The notes below the pieces were generated by a model. The model saw only the letters and a program-made list of their open reading frames with translations, was not told the origin of the DNA and searched no databases. A program made the position numbers and the translations under genes. A stretch of DNA of 64,000 nt from the human T2T-CHM13v2.0 reference genome, Homo sapiens, in the NCBI RefSeq assembly GCF_009914755.1, contig NC_060935.1. One strand, written 5' to 3'. Shown piece after piece: positions 1-18,037 of the stretch (its first letter is position 1; every line of letters starts with the position of its first letter).

Positions 1-607
1 GCATAGAGTTCATCTCCATCAATCCTCTTATTTCTGGAGGTTAAATATCCTTAGAGAACTGGAAAACCAGCTCTAAAATTCAAGTTTCATAGTATCCAAA
101 CGAGCTTTTTTTTGACCAGTAAAGGATTTTTTTTTAATGTTGCATTTTCTCATTATTGGGAAAGAAAGAGCCTAGTTTTTCTCTCTAATGAGTATACAAT
201 GTCACAAATATAATTGATGTTTGGGGGAAAGGGCTAAGGATATAAGGTTTAATTCAACTGAAATTTACTAAGCATTTATTTTATGCTAGAAACATTCACA
301 TATGATTTCTTATTTTAATCCTTACGATAATATGCAGAGCTAGGTATTTTTATCCCATTTGACTGCTTGGACATTTAGGCCCAGGGAATTGACTTGCCTG
401 AGATCATGTAGACAAGAAGTGATAAGGGCAAGACTTAAAACCAGAGTTTCTCATTCTTTAACTACTCTTCACTCTACTACAGAGGTACTATATTTCTGTT
501 TTTGTTTTATTTTGTTTTTAATTGAGCCAAAGGGTTTAGGTAACACACTTCTGTTGCCTTATTTTGGTCTCAGATTTAAAGTTATAAGATTTATTAGGTT
601 ATAGTGA

Positions 608-1306
<699 letters not shown>

Positions 1307-1869
1307 CTATCAAATAGCCTATAAGAAAGTCTTTCTGCACTTTTCTATCTCTCTTTCATACCTTACAGACACTCAACAAATACTTGTTGAGTGTTAAAGA
1401 AATGTATTTGTGCCAGGAAAGAAGTTTTTATTATTTGTAGAAGAGATGGCACACTAATGAACTTGAACCAATAGGCATGCCTAGTTTACCTTAGTATTTC
1501 AAGAAGGTGTGCTTGCCCTTATAAAGTCTTAGATTTGTTCGTCGTTTTTGTCTAAATGTTTTTAGAATTCTAGAAAGCATGTTTTCTGTATGCCCACTCC
1601 TAGTTTTCCTTTAGGCTAAATTATTTATAAACAATTAGAAAGTATAAAATTATGACTATAAAACATGAACAGGGATTTTTTTTTCAAAAAAAAACAAACA
1701 ACTTTGAAGTTTTCTCTCCAATATATATTTTAGTGAGTAAAATAGATTCAGAAACACAAAACCGTTTAGGAAAGGTTTTTATCCCTAAATGTGTTTTCAT
1801 AATACATTTAATAATTCACTTCAAATACCTTTTAAATTTTTTCTCATTTCCTAAGATAAATGATTCTAA

Positions 1870-2007
<138 letters not shown>

Positions 2008-2689
2008 TAGTCATTAAATATTTACACTCATGCTTTAAAAAATTGTGGATTATGGTGAAATATACTCTAGGAAATTATCTTCTTCAAAGCTTGGAATTGA
2101 TTGATTTACAATCTATTTAAGTTTCTTTATACATGTGAGGCAGAAGGATACTGCTGTTCCCATTATATTAGTTATAATGTCAGTGGAAGTTGGGTTGAAT
2201 TATGTTATTTAGACCCTGAAGACACTGAATCTTAACTTCAAAATTTTAAAGTTTTGAAACCACATTTATCTTTTGACTTTTTATTTAACCAAACCATAAA
2301 ACATTGGTTCTCCATTTTAAATCTCTTTGTCTTTTTTCTTTTAGATTTTCAGAGAGTATGCGTATGTAAATACCATTTGAAAAGCACAATCTCAGTTGTT
2401 AAAATTAGTAATTGCATATTTAAGATGATATACTGTTTTTATAAAATCAGATTAAAATGAATATCAAAAAGGTGCTATATATGACTATCGGGACTAAAGA
2501 TCAACAGAAATAAAGTTTGGGAGCAATCAATGATAATTAACACAATTTATCCCTCAAGGTATCTCATGAATGATGAAATACTGAGAGTGCCCCCTTTTAA
2601 CACATTTATTTTATATGGGCCCTGAAACTTTCACAGCTAACTGTTTTATTTTGGCTTCTGTCTAAAAAGAATATATCTACAAATTTTAG

Positions 2690-2825
2690 TAGAGCCTGGA
2701 GTCAGAGACCTGAGTTTGCATCCTGACTGTACAGCTTACTGCTGATGTCATTTTGGTCAGATTTGGTATGAGCCTCAATTTCACTCTTGTAAAATGGGGA
2801 TTCCTGTCTCCCCCATAGGGCTAAT
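2690..2825 (+). mobile_element. MIR fragment
   Basis: ctggagtcagagacctgagtttg...gagcctcaatttc...gtaaaatgggga core motifs. Confidence 0.65.
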
Positions 2826-3377
2826 TTATTTGTTCATTCAGTACATATTTAGTGGATAAGACAAGCCAGTAATATAACTGTGACTCTGACACTATCACGA
2901 TTCTTAAGGTTCATTCACTTGTAATAGGGACTAAAACAGAAGCTCAGTTTGGCCTGGTGCCTGAATGCAGGCTCCACATGAGATCCAGAGCACTAAAGAG
3001 AAGTAAGTCCCATCGATGCACCCATGCACATCCTCCAGTGATCAGCACAGGGACTTGTAGATCAGGACTTGGTTGTGGAAAGTAAAACAAATCAGGATTG
3101 AGTAATCATTTTCCCCTTAGCCCATCATTTGGAGCCAGAAATAGTTAAAGTTCTTGTTTCCATGAAGATTGGCTCAAGAATGCACATTAGTGGACCCAGC
3201 AGTGAGGAGCAAGGAAAGACAGATTCTAACTACAACTCTGTATCTGAATATCATCCATTTCTTTCCTTTTATGTTGTTATTGCTGTAATTTAAACCACCA
3301 TCTCTTACTCATCCTTCCCTCAAAGTACATTTTCCACAGTGCAACCAAATTACCTTTTGAATATTGTAAACCAGGTC

Positions 3378-3484
3378 CATTCTTTCATTCCTACTATTCT
3401 ACCACGACTGCTCTAGCAAAAGTTATTAATGACTAATTTGCCAGGTCTAATAGACTCTTCTTAGTCCTTAAACTTTACCTCTCA
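3378..3484 (+). repeat. Direct local duplication, copy of 4617-4721
   Basis: About 105 bp, ~5 substitutions plus a small indel. Confidence 0.92.
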
Positions 3485-3607
3485 TCTCTTAACATCCTTC
3501 AGTGGCTTCCTATTGCACAGAAAATAAAATCTATCGTCTTTACTAAAGTCTTCAGCGCCCTTCAAAATCTGACCCCTGTTCACCTCTCAAACCTTGTCTC
3601 CAGCTGC

Positions 3608-4091
3608 TGATGGAGGATTTTTTGCTCCTTAGCTCAGCTAGGTCTGGGTTCTTGACTCACAACCAGGAAGAGGTAGGCATGCAGACATGCGAAGAGTGAG
3701 CAAGGCGGGAAGTTTTATTGAGTGATGAAACAGCTTTTAGCAGGGAGGGGATGCAGGGGTGGTCCCCCTACCCAAAGGCAGGAAAGTTCCCAATATGGCT
3801 GAGCCCAGGGATTTTTATGGGTTCAGAGTAGAGACTGTGTGCTGATTGGTTTCTGAGCATGCAAAAAATGTTAGGGTGGGCACAATAGTGTAGAAAACCA
3901 ATTAGGAAAGGGTAGGTATATGTAAAATAGGTGAAGGATGAGGACCAATCAGAGGAAAGCTCGCCAAACAGGAAGGCGGGTTATCAATATGGTTGGAGGA
4001 TTTACCCAGGACTGTTTCCAGCTTGAAGGTTGGATTTCACTGGGGACCGGCCCCATCTGCCTAGGCATTTGTCTGCCTCCTGCCTCTATCA
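3608..4091 (-). mobile_element. ERV1-class solo LTR (LTR9-like)
   Basis: TG...CA ends, 4-bp TSD ctgc, 484 bp, AATAAA on minus strand. Subfamily from memory. Confidence 0.8.
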
Positions 4092-5186
4092 CTGCTCCAC
4101 CTTTTGCTTACCATCTCTTCTTTGAAATCTTGAAAAACCAATCTATTTATTTATGCCTTTACTCATGCTGTTTCCTCTTCCTGGAATGCTTTTTTCTTGG
4201 TTAGCTCCTTTTCATTCCCCCAACCTAAGTTGGAATATTGTGTAAAATTATATCTCCATTATTAAACAGCAAGCTTTTTAGACAGCAGCAATCCAGTCTT
4301 ACTTCTTTGTTTCTCCAGAAGAGTCCAGCTTAAGTAGGTGTTCAATAAATATTTGTTGAGTTGATTCATGCTAACACTAGTGGAAGAAAAAATGTTTTGA
4401 GGTCATAGATATTTAACATGACTCATGTTTTCTCTTCAGTTATTTCAAAATCAGAAATGCCCCTCTTCTTTCCTACACATCATCTCTTCCTATGTATATT
4501 TAGTTCTGTTTGGATTATCACCCCATTTATTATCTTTCTCTCAGTTTGCATTCATTGCTCCACCTACCTCATTAGATGTTCCGTAGTTCACTCTGTCTAC
4601 TTCCCTACTCTCCATTCATTCTTTCATTCCTACTATTCCACCACAACTGCTCTAGCAAAAGTTATTAATGACCAATTTGCCAGGTCCAATAGACTCTTTT
4701 TAGTCCTTTCTTTACCTCTCACCTCTCCAGCAGCCACTTCCTTTATCTTAAAACCCTTTTCTCCTTTGGGTTCCAGGACCTCACTGCAACTTAACTACTT
4801 CACTGACCATTTCTTCTCATTTTTCATTCACTGCTCTTTGCCTAGACCCATCCCTTAATTATCACATTTAGCAGAGTTCTGATCTCAACCCTTTTCTCTC
4901 ACTCCTTTTTGGGGTCATCTCACTTAACACTATGGCTTCAAATAACCATCTATTTGTTAATAATTTTCATATCTATATTTGATAAATTTCATAATATTGT
5001 ACACCAAAAAAAATGAGTGTATGTACAAACGGAAATGAATAAAGTCTCTAGCTTAGTTAATAACATTGTACTAATGTCACTTTCCTGGATTTGATAATGT
5101 ACTATGGTTATGTGGAATCTTATCACTGGGGAAAGTAAGGTGAATAGTAGATTGGAACTCTCTGCTCTGTTTTGGCAACTTCCTTT

Positions 5187-5505
<319 letters not shown>

Positions 5506-5872
5506 TGAGTCTTAAAAAGTTAAAAGGGTAAGCATGACATGACTTTATATGAAAACAAAATCAATCTTTTTTTTGTAGCTTATTTACTGAATATCCTTTT
5601 TCCATTTTTATAATGTGATAATTATTCTTACCTTAAATAGTAATTATTTACCTCACTTTGTAGGATAAACATATTTTTAGCACATTAGTGATACAGCTAA
5701 CTAAATTTCGTTTCTGTATATTACTCAAAATAATTTTTGAGACATTGAATTCTGTCAAATGCTATCAGACACATTCTCCTTCCATTCAAAATTCATATGG
5801 GGTTTGGGAAATTAATATAGATGATATTAAATTTATATATAATGTCAAATAGTGTTTAATAATGCTTATGCA

Positions 5873-6160
5873 GGCCAGGCACAGTGGCTCATGCCTGTAA
5901 TCCCAACACTTTGGGAGGCCAAGGCAGGAGGATCGCTTGAGGCCAGGTGTTTTGAGACCAGCCTGGGCAACATAGTGAGAGCCTGTCTCTACAAAAAATT
6001 GTAGAAAGTAGCCAGGTGCAGTGGTGTGCACCTGTAGTCCCACCTACTCAGGGGGCTGAGGCAGGAAGATGCTTGAGCCCAGGAGTTTGAGGTTACAGTG
6101 AGCTATGACCATGCCACTGTACTCCAGCTTGGGCAACAGACTAAGATCCTGTCTCTAAAA
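5873..6160 (+). mobile_element. Alu (AluJ-like)
   Basis: Dimer with J-type gaggatcgcttgag/gcccaggagtttgagg motifs. Confidence 0.9.
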
Positions 6161-8277
6161 TGGTAAAAATTAAACAATTTTTTTTAAATTTTGTAAATGA
6201 AAAATATCACATGCTTGAAAAGAATAGTCATTGTGTTAAATATTTGATCTAGGAGATCTGGATTTATTTTAAGAAGTATTGTGTCAAGTATGGAAATAAA
6301 ACTAAAATTTCTTTGTATATTATATACATTTCTTTGTCACTTGTATGTAGTGGTTTTAAAATTACCACTCTTTGGAATTTTTTGCCTGTATATCATGGTA
6401 AATATTTTTGAGCTGGGATTGAATTTAGAGGCCACTGTTGTCTTACTAAAATTAACTAACATAAGTAAAATCAGATATCTTTACTTAGGATTCAAAACAT
6501 AGTTGATAAAGGAATTTTCCACTTCTACAAAAATAAGTGGAAAAGTCCATATTAAGAAAAAGTAGTAGCAGAGCAATAGTTTGGCAAGTGATATTTCCAT
6601 TGCTATTATTCAAGTTTCTATAAATATTTCATTTTAAAATAACATGTCAAACTAAAATAATTCAATTTATTTATAAGCAAACAAAACATGAATCTATTTC
6701 ATTTCAGAAAATAAAATATCTGAGAATTGGTTAAAGAGTAGTAAATTATTTATTTTTCAGTTGTTAATATTCATTGGCCTTCATTTTTTAGTTAAACTTC
6801 ATTTTGAAATAAGTATAGATTAACTTATAGTTATAAAAATGATATAAAAATGATAGAAAGTTCCTATGTACCTACTACCTAGCTTCTCATAACATACTAC
6901 AAAATCACAGTACAATATTATAACTAGGATATTGACAAGTTTAACATGGAAAGTCAAGATACAGAAGATTTCCATCACCACAAGTATCCCTCATGTGACC
7001 TTTAAAGCCACTCACTCCCCTCCCAGTTCTGCCCCCTCATTAGACCCTGGCAACCATTATTCTGTTCTCCATTATTATAACGTCACTTCAGGAATGTTAT
7101 ACAAATGGAATCATACAATAAGTAACCTTTTGGTACTTGGCTTTTTAAAATTCAGCATAACTCTCTGGAGGTACATCCAGGTTGTTGTGTGTGTTATCAG
7201 TTAGTTTCTTTGTATTGCTGACTAGCAGCATGGTGGGGATGTACCAGTTTGTTTAACCATTCACCTGGAGGACATCTGGGTTGTTTCCAGTTATTGGACA
7301 TTTTACATAAAGCTAATATAAACATTCATGGACAGGTATTTTTAAGAACAAAAGTTTTCATTTCTTTGGAATAAATGCCCAGGAGTTCAATTGCTGGGTA
7401 GTATGATAGTTACACGTTAGTTTTTAAAGAAACTTGAACTACTTTCCAAACTGGCTGTACCTTTTACATTCCCACCATCATATAAGAGGGATCCAGTTTC
7501 TCCTCATCCTCTTCAGAATTTAGTGATGCCGCTATGCACTATTTTATGTTAGCCTTCTGGTAGGTGTGTAGTAATATCTTAGTGTGGTTTTAATTTGCAT
7601 TTCCCTAGTGGCTAATGATGTTGAATATCTTTTCATGTGCCTGTCTTTTGCTAATTTTATAATTAGACTTTTTGTACTCTTGAGTTTTACGTATATATAT
7701 AATCTTCTAAAACTAGTCCTTTCTTGGATATGTTATTTGCAAATATTTTCTCCTAGTCTGTAGTTTGTCTTTCATCCTCACAAAAAGGTCTGTAACAGAG
7801 TAAAAGTTTTTAATTTTAATGAAGTCCAGTTTATCAATTTTTCCTTTATGGATTATGCTTTCAGTGTCAAGTTTTCAAACTCTTTGCCTAGCCCTAAATC
7901 TCAAAGATTTTCTCCTATGTTTTATTCTAAAATTTTTGTAGTTTCACCTTTTACATTTAAATCATGGTCCATTTTGAGTTAGTTTGTGTATAAGGTGTGA
8001 GGCTTAGATCAAGATTCTTCTTTTTTTTTTCTACCTGCAGATGTCCAGTTGCGTCTGCACTATTAGTTGATAAAGCTCTCTTTCCTGCATTGAATTGCTC
8101 TCATACCTTTGTCAAAAATCAGTTCGACATTGAATAGGCATTTCTCCAAAGAAGATATACAAATGGCTAACAAGCACATGAAAAGATGCTCAACATAGTT
8201 ATTAGAGAAATGCAAATAAAAACCACAATGAGGTACCACTTTCTCCTAATAACTGAGCCTCAAAATACATAAAGTAA

Positions 8278-8673
<396 letters not shown>

Positions 8674-8954
8674 TAGTCTTGACTACTATAGCTATATAAT
8701 ACGTCTTGAAATAAGGTAAATTAATTCCTCTTACTTTATTCTTGTTTTTCAAAATCATTTTAGCTATACTGTTTCCTTTGTCTTCCCATATAAATTTTAG
8801 AATTATCTTGTATATATTTGCCCCCTGACCCAAAGAAAACTTACTAAGCTTTACATAGGGATTATATTAAAGCTGTATATCAAAATTGGGATATCTTTAC
8901 TATGCTGTCTTCCAATCCATGAACATGATATGTTTCTCCATTTATTTAGATCTT

Positions 8955-9260
8955 GTTTTATTTTTATTTATTTAATTAATTTATTTATTGAGACAGGATC
9001 TCCTTCAGTCAACCAGCCTTGAGTGCAGTGGCACAATTACGGCTCACTGCAGCCTCAACCTTCTGGGCTCCCACCTCAGCCTTCCAAGTAGCTGGGACTA
9101 CAGGCATGCACCACCACACCTGGCTAATTTTTAAATTTTCTGTAGAGATGGGGTTTCACCATGTTGCCCAGGCTGGTCTTGAACTCCTAAGCTCAAGCAA
9201 TTCACCTTCCTTGGCCTCCCAAAGTGCAGGGATTACAGGCAAGAGCCACTGTGCTGGGCC
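8955..9260 (-). mobile_element. Alu (AluJ-like)
   Basis: Alu reverse complement, agatcttg repeat flanking. Confidence 0.9.
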
Positions 9261-9456
9261 CAGATCTTGATTTTTTTTTTAATCAGCGTTTTCTAGTTTT
9301 CACTATGCAAGTCCTATACATGTTTTGTTAGATATTTTCACTGGGTCTAGCATTCTAGATGGACAGTTCTTTATTTTCATCACATAAAAAATAATGTGCC
9401 ACTTCCTATTACCTTTCTTCTAGCTAGCATGGTTTCTGATGAAAAATATGCTGACA

Positions 9457-10436
<980 letters not shown>

Positions 10437-10716
10437 TATGCTAATTGTTTTTCTCCTATAGGTAAGGTGTGGTTTTTCTCTGACTGCTTTTAAGACTTTT
10501 CCCTTGTATTTAGTTTTCAGAAGTTTGATTATGATGTGTCTTAACATGGATTTCTTTCTGCTTATCTTGTTTGGGGTATGCTTAGCTTCTTGAATTCATA
10601 GGTTTATGTCTCTTGGAAATTTGGGAAGTTTCCAGCCATTATTTATTTGAGTACTTTTTCAGTCCTGCCCTCTTTCTCTCCCTCTAATACTCCAGTAACA
10701 TGAATCTTTTGTTATA

Positions 10717-10840
10717 GGCCAGGCTTGCTGGCTCACACCTGTAATCCCAGCACTTTGAGAGGTCAAGGGAGTTTCAGACCAGCATAGCAACATAGCAAGA
10801 CCTCATCTCTAAAAAAACAAAAATAATAATAATAATAATA
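10717..10840 (+). mobile_element. Alu left monomer/FLAM-like
   Basis: Single monomer with (AAT)n tail. Confidence 0.8.
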
Positions 10841-11194
10841 ATTCTAAAATGTCAGCCACCTTAGTATTGGCATCTACATATTGTCATTTTTCATTTAGTT
10901 TACAATCTTCCTGGTTCTTGGTATGATGAGTGATTTATTGAAACCTGGACATTTTTTTAATAATGTCATAAGACTCTAGATCTTATTTGTAATCTTCTGT
11001 TTTACCTAGCTTTTACTGGCATTGCTCTGCCAGGGGAAGTAGGGATACCACCTCATAATGTCTGATGGAAGTAGAAGTCCAGGCTTCCCACTTGCCTTCC
11101 TGTGATACCCAAAGGCCGGGAACTTCTTGACTCTATTTTGAGGAAACATAGTGTACATAGTTGATCAAACGTGAATTACTGTTGATTTTCATGA

Positions 11195-11374
<180 letters not shown>

Positions 11375-11609
11375 TAGAAAACTATCATAGAGTTGTGCCA
11401 AGTTATTTCTTGAATATATTAATGCTTTATTCTTCCAATATGTTCAAAATGCTGTTAAGTGTATTTTAAACGGCATCATTACCACCGCAGCCACAAACAC
11501 ATGTAGGTAAATGGGCAGGAGAGGGAAATAATAAAGTGGGTAGAGGTAATGAAGCCAAGCAAGGAGGTGGAAGAAGGGTAGTGATCAGAAACAGATGAAA
11601 TTTATCTGA

Positions 11610-11951
<342 letters not shown>

Positions 11952-13019
11952 TAGTAGGGTTTTGTTCTTTTTCTTTTTTTTCTTTTTTTTTTTAATTCTG
12001 TTGTTTGGTGGTTTCATTGACTTCAGCTTCAGCTTAGATTTGGGAATGATAAGGCAAATAAAACCATGAAAAATGTTTCTCCCAATATCTCTAAGGGAGC
12101 CAAGCACCCCATTAGATGGAGGAAATAGGGATTAGCGTTGGGAAAGGGGAAGTTTGGAGAACATGGGTAGTAATGACACTAGGTGCAGGCAATGAAAGAC
12201 CCAGGGCATACTCTTGCTGTAGGCTTAGGAAATACCATGGTACTGAGGGTAAATCATGCAGTTCTGACATACACATTTTGAAATTCCTATTCTTTCATTC
12301 TAAACTTGCTGCTAAGATTTCTAGGACCACTTTTGCCAAAACCTCCATAAATAACATCCCTGCTAGGAAGCTGGAAAACATGAGAAAGAGACCTAAGTGC
12401 TATCATTTGTTAGCCCTTAGGAAATCCACGTATTTCTGGATTTCTCCAAGTGCCTACTTAGCTGAGCACTTTGCACACAGCAGGCTCTCCACTCAATAGA
12501 TATTTGCTGTTTTGAGTGAAATCGTTTCCAAGACCAAACATCAATAGGCAAGTTTCATTTTTAGGGGAGTCCAAAACTGTTCCCATAGACCTCCTCCTAC
12601 CCAAGTCTCTTCATTGGCAATAGGGATGTCATGACATGGTAGATAGTATATTTTGCATGACTTCTTTCCAAAAGAGTTCTGCTTATATTTGGAAGGAATA
12701 CTTTAGTAAGTCCCTTGAGATGGAGTGAGACCCCAAAGGATGCTCAGCTGTGCTCGCTAAACTGCCTTCTAAAGGAATGGGCCCAGTTAGTTGAGATGCG
12801 CCTGTTGATGGTTTGGGCTGAGCATGGGGATGTGTCATACAAGACTGGGCCACACGGCATGACTGAGCACAATAGAGGAGGACTGGACATGCATGGGAAG
12901 AAAGGAAGCTCACAGACATGGAGGAAGAGAGGGAAAGTAAGAGAACAGAAGTGTCTGGAAAACATTTCCGAGGTAGTCACTTTATGTCCCAGGTAGTCCC
13001 TTGCAACTCATTTTGGTGT

Positions 13020-13158
13020 GGAGCAGCAGCAAGTGCTTCACCTATCAGCTTGTTACAATGCCAATTCCCAGGCCCCACCCAGACCTACTGAATCAGAATC
13101 CGCATTCTGACAAGATCCCAGGGGATTCCTATGCACAGTAAGGTTTGAGAAATACTGC
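13020..13158. mobile_element. MER5A-type hAT MITE
   Basis: ggccccacccagacctactgaatcagaat...aaggtttgagaaatactg. Confidence 0.75.
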
Positions 13159-13588
13159 TGCAACCCTTTTCATCCAACTTTTAGTAAGGACTCTTTCAGT
13201 TGCAAGGATAAAAAATCCAAGTCAAACTAGCCTAAGCATAAAGGGGATGTTAGTCTTTTCACATCACTTAACACAGAAAGACAGAGTGCTTCTGACCTGG
13301 ATACAAGGCTTCACATGCTGTCAGATCTCAGCTTAAACAAACAAACAAAAATCTCTGGGGCGTATGTGTTACTAGAAGGGAAGGGAAGAAGTTCTAAGAA
13401 AGTAGAAAAACAGCCACTACATCCATCTCCCTTTTACAATCTTCAGTGACATCTACCAACCCTCCCCTCAAAGGCCAAATGGGGCACTGGCCTGAGACAG
13501 TAGCAGTCTGCTCGAATGAGAGAACAACTACCCATCTGGCTTATAGTAGTACTGATAATTGTTTAATGAAAATAACCACCATTTGTTA

Positions 13589-14008
<420 letters not shown>

Positions 14009-14817
14009 TCATTCAACAGACATTTATTGAGCGCCAACTAATTGCCAGGCTCTGTGCTAAGTGCTGGATTTACAGAGATGAATATAATGTAGTCTTTCCT
14101 TCAAAGAACTCTCAAACAAGGTGATATATGGTGATGAGATAAACAGCCATTAAGTTTGTTGTACTTGACTCTTTTGTAATGCTTCTTTTTCAAAAATATT
14201 CAGCAACATGATATTCGGCCTAAAGATTGAATAGAATATCATGTTTAGCAAACAAAGTTTATATCCCTGAAATAGTTCAGTATTTGTACACATTTAACTG
14301 GGGAACTTGCCCATCACTCTGGTTTTACCAAAGGGGGGTGGGAAAAGACATGTTATTATGACTATCAGAGGCTATCATTTCATACAAGAGAAATCCAAAT
14401 AAATGAACTTTAGATGACTGAATCAAACAATTTACTTACAAAAATGGTTGCCAAGGACCTGGGAAGGACACAAGTTGAAATCACTTTTGCTCAGAGGGTA
14501 TAATGGCCAGAAAAATGACAATTTCCTAATAAAGAATACATATTATACATATTATATGATACACTGTACAAAATAGGACCCTTATCAGGAATGATGTAAA
14601 CTTGCAGCTTCCTAGGCATATGGGTTGTCTATTACGTCTTTCAATCAACCCTCAAACCACACATCTACTTTGTAGTCAGAAGTTTAATTTTGCTTAGATT
14701 TTGAATCAGGGGAGATAGATAAACAACAGTTTGAATAGTTTAGAATTTCCTAAATTTTAGATATAAAATAGTATTTATGAGTTAACAGTATTTTAATATC
14801 AGATCTTAACTTCTTAA

Positions 14818-15069
<252 letters not shown>

Positions 15070-15323
15070 TAGTTCAAGTTCAGTAAAAAACATCTTTAGT
15101 AGGGCATACATTGATGGAAGAAAAAAGTGCATACTCCCTGAATCATTCATTACTCTGCTGTCAGCACAAGCAGCTGTGAGCCTAAGGGTAAAGGTGGAGG
15201 GAGGAAGCAGAAAAATGATCCCAGGACCACCTGTGAAACTGAGAAGGGGAAATAAAGAAATGGGCGGGTGGGGGGCAGTGTGCAGAAGCCCTGTGACCAA
15301 GTGACTTTAAGAAAGACGCTTCT

Positions 15324-15612
15324 GGCTGGATGCGGTGGCTCATGCCTGTAATCTCAACAGCCTGAGGCTGGAGGATCGCTTGAGCCAAGAAGTTTGAGAC
15401 CAGCCTGGGCAACACAGTGAGACCATATCTCTACAAAAAATTAAAAAATCAGTTGGGCATGGTGGCTCATGCCTGTAGCCCCAGCTACTTGAGAGGCTGA
15501 GGTGGGAGGATCAGTTGAGCCCCGTGGTCAAGGCTGCAGGGAGCTGTGATTGTGCCACTGCATTCCAGCCTGGGTGACAGAGCAGACCTTGTCTCAAAAA
15601 AAAGAAGAAAGA
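15324..15612 (+). mobile_element. Alu (AluJ-like)
   Basis: Dimer with A-rich tail. Confidence 0.9.
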
Positions 15613-16445
15613 ATCTTCATTCAATGGATGGGGTCTGTATGTTTCCACACTGGGACAGAAGCAATTCCACCAAGATAGGAGTGTCCTGAGGCCAGGTTAT
15701 ATTAGAAAGAGAATTCACCTGGGGCAAGCTAAGTCAGCTTAGCCAGGCTGGATAGCCAGAATCATCATGGAGAAACGTCAAAGTCAATTAAGTTGTAACC
15801 AGGGAAAAACTGGGGAACAAACATGAGATGAGAAGTGGAGAGGCTATAGAGTAGGATGCCGTCAGGAGCAATGAAGCTTACCAGGACTAGATCTGGACAC
15901 GATGAGGGCCAGCTGTCTGTTACTGAGGCAAGCATAGCAGCTTAAAAGAACACCAGAGACCCAGACACAGAAGAATCATAGGACAGAATTAATGGGGGAA
16001 ATCTGGCCCAAAAGAGTTGCTGTGGGTGGACAACAGTCCAGGACTCAGCTGGAGATAGTGCCCTGCGTTGTGGAGGGGTTCCTGTGGGTGGTTCCCATGT
16101 CCCCCTATCAGGGCTCTCTGCTTGTGGACCAATTTGTATGTAAGTTTCTCAGCTTAGGGCCTCTGCACCACAGTGGTGGTGTAAACTTGGCCCCATATCA
16201 GTCTGGGCATGAAGTTCCAATTTGTCAAAAGGTTCTTCTTCTGAAAAGAGAACAAGAGTGCCAGCCTGCTACTCCCTCTGTCCGCACTCAAATCCTCTCC
16301 CACTACTACCAGTTTCTTATTTAGCAGTCAGAAATATTCTATGCATATATATATATATATATCACAAATAGCATGCTATAAATATGATGTCTTACTTGCT
16401 TTTCATGTAACAACATGAACATCCTTCTAAATCAGTATATCTTAA

Positions 16446-16699
<254 letters not shown>

Positions 16700-16700
<1 letters not shown>

Positions 16701-17640
16701 AACCATAATTTTTTGACCAGTTTCTTACACATAAGCATTAAGGTTGTTTCTAGTGTTTTAGTATTACAAATAATGCTGCAATGACTATCCTTACACATGT
16801 CTCATTTTCCTATGACAAATATTCTTGTATTTATGTCATTTCACTTATGTGTATCTCTGAAAGAAATGGTTGTGTGAAACAGACTATTTTACTGTGATAA
16901 ATGTGGCCCTCCATAAAGGTTGTACCAAGTGGTACTTCTAACAGTATGCATGAGGATACCTATTTTCCCACATCTTCAGCAACAGGGGGTGGTATCCAAA
17001 TTTTTGTTCTTTGTCAGTCTTATGGGTCGAAAATGGTATCTCATTGTAGTTTTAATTTCCATTTCTTTTATTAAAAGTGACACTGAATGTGTCTTTTCAT
17101 AACTTCAAGAGCTATATGAATTTCCTTTTCCATAAACCATCTGTTCATATCTGTCACCCATTTTTCTAATGTGTTGTGGCACTCTTTACATTTTAAAAAA
17201 ATTAGCTCTTTAACTGTGATATAAATTGCAAATATTTTTCCCATTTGTCATTAGTTTTTTTGTTTGTGGGTTTTTTAATGAAGAAATGATGTGCTTTTAA
17301 AGTGCCCAACTTATCAGTCTTTGATTTTACGTTTATGAGATTATGAATGAATTCTCCAATATTTTATTCTAAAATTTTTATGGTTTTGTTTTTATATTTA
17401 AGTCTTTGTTTTTGTGTGAGAGAGTGATCCAACTTTATTTTTTTACCAAATGGTTTTCCAGTTGTTCCAACATCATTTATCATCAATTTTTATCCTACTG
17501 ATTTGAAGTGCTAACTTTATTATACTTTTATTTCTCATATATATCTGAATCTTATTCTCTACTATCTATTCTGATTCACTGATCTGCCTATGCATTTGTT
17601 AACCAGTAGAATACTTTTTAAAAAGTTATTGTTCTGGTAC
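16700..17640 (-). mobile_element. Old L1ME-like fragment
   Basis: aatggtatctcattgtagttttaatttccatttc, ttgcaaatatttttcccatttgtc. Confidence 0.75.
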
Positions 17641-17754
17641 ATTTTCAAAATTTCAAATATTTTAGCCAGTATTTATTTCACATTTTTAAAGTAGGAAAAG
17701 TGATCTTCTCATATAAACTTAACCCATTATCTTGATCAGAAGTTTGGATGATTG

Positions 17755-18037
17755 GGCCAGGCGTGGTGTCTCACGCCTGTAATACCAGCATTTTGGGGGG
17801 TCCACGGTGGATGGGTCACCTGAGCTCAGGGGTTCGAGACAAGCCTGAGCAACAGGGTGAAACCCCATCTCTACCAAAAATACAAAAGTTAGCTGGGTGT
17901 GGTGCCGCACACCTGCAGTTCCAGCTCCTGTGAGGCTTAGGTGGGAGGACGACCTGAGCCTAGTAGGCAGAGGTTGCAGTGAGCTAAGATTGCACCACTG
18001 CACTGTAGTCTAGGTGACAGAGAGAGACCTTGTCTTA
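17755..18037 (+). mobile_element. Alu
   Basis: Diverged dimer. Confidence 0.88.

Larger units (their letters stand above)
3240..4985 (+). mobile_element. Degraded L2 fragments (interrupted by LTR)
   Basis: ccttcagtggcttcctattgc, gttcaataaatatttgttga tail, ctatggcttcaaataaccatcta motifs. Boundaries approximate. Confidence 0.6.

Noticed and set aside
1370-1393. Perfect 10-bp hairpin cactcaacaa-atac-ttgttgagtg
   Set aside because: Matches the quasi-palindromic L2 3' tail. Not a terminator or miRNA on this evidence.
15992-16324. 110-aa ORF in GC-richer intron segment
   Set aside because: No recognisable homology or convincing splice context.
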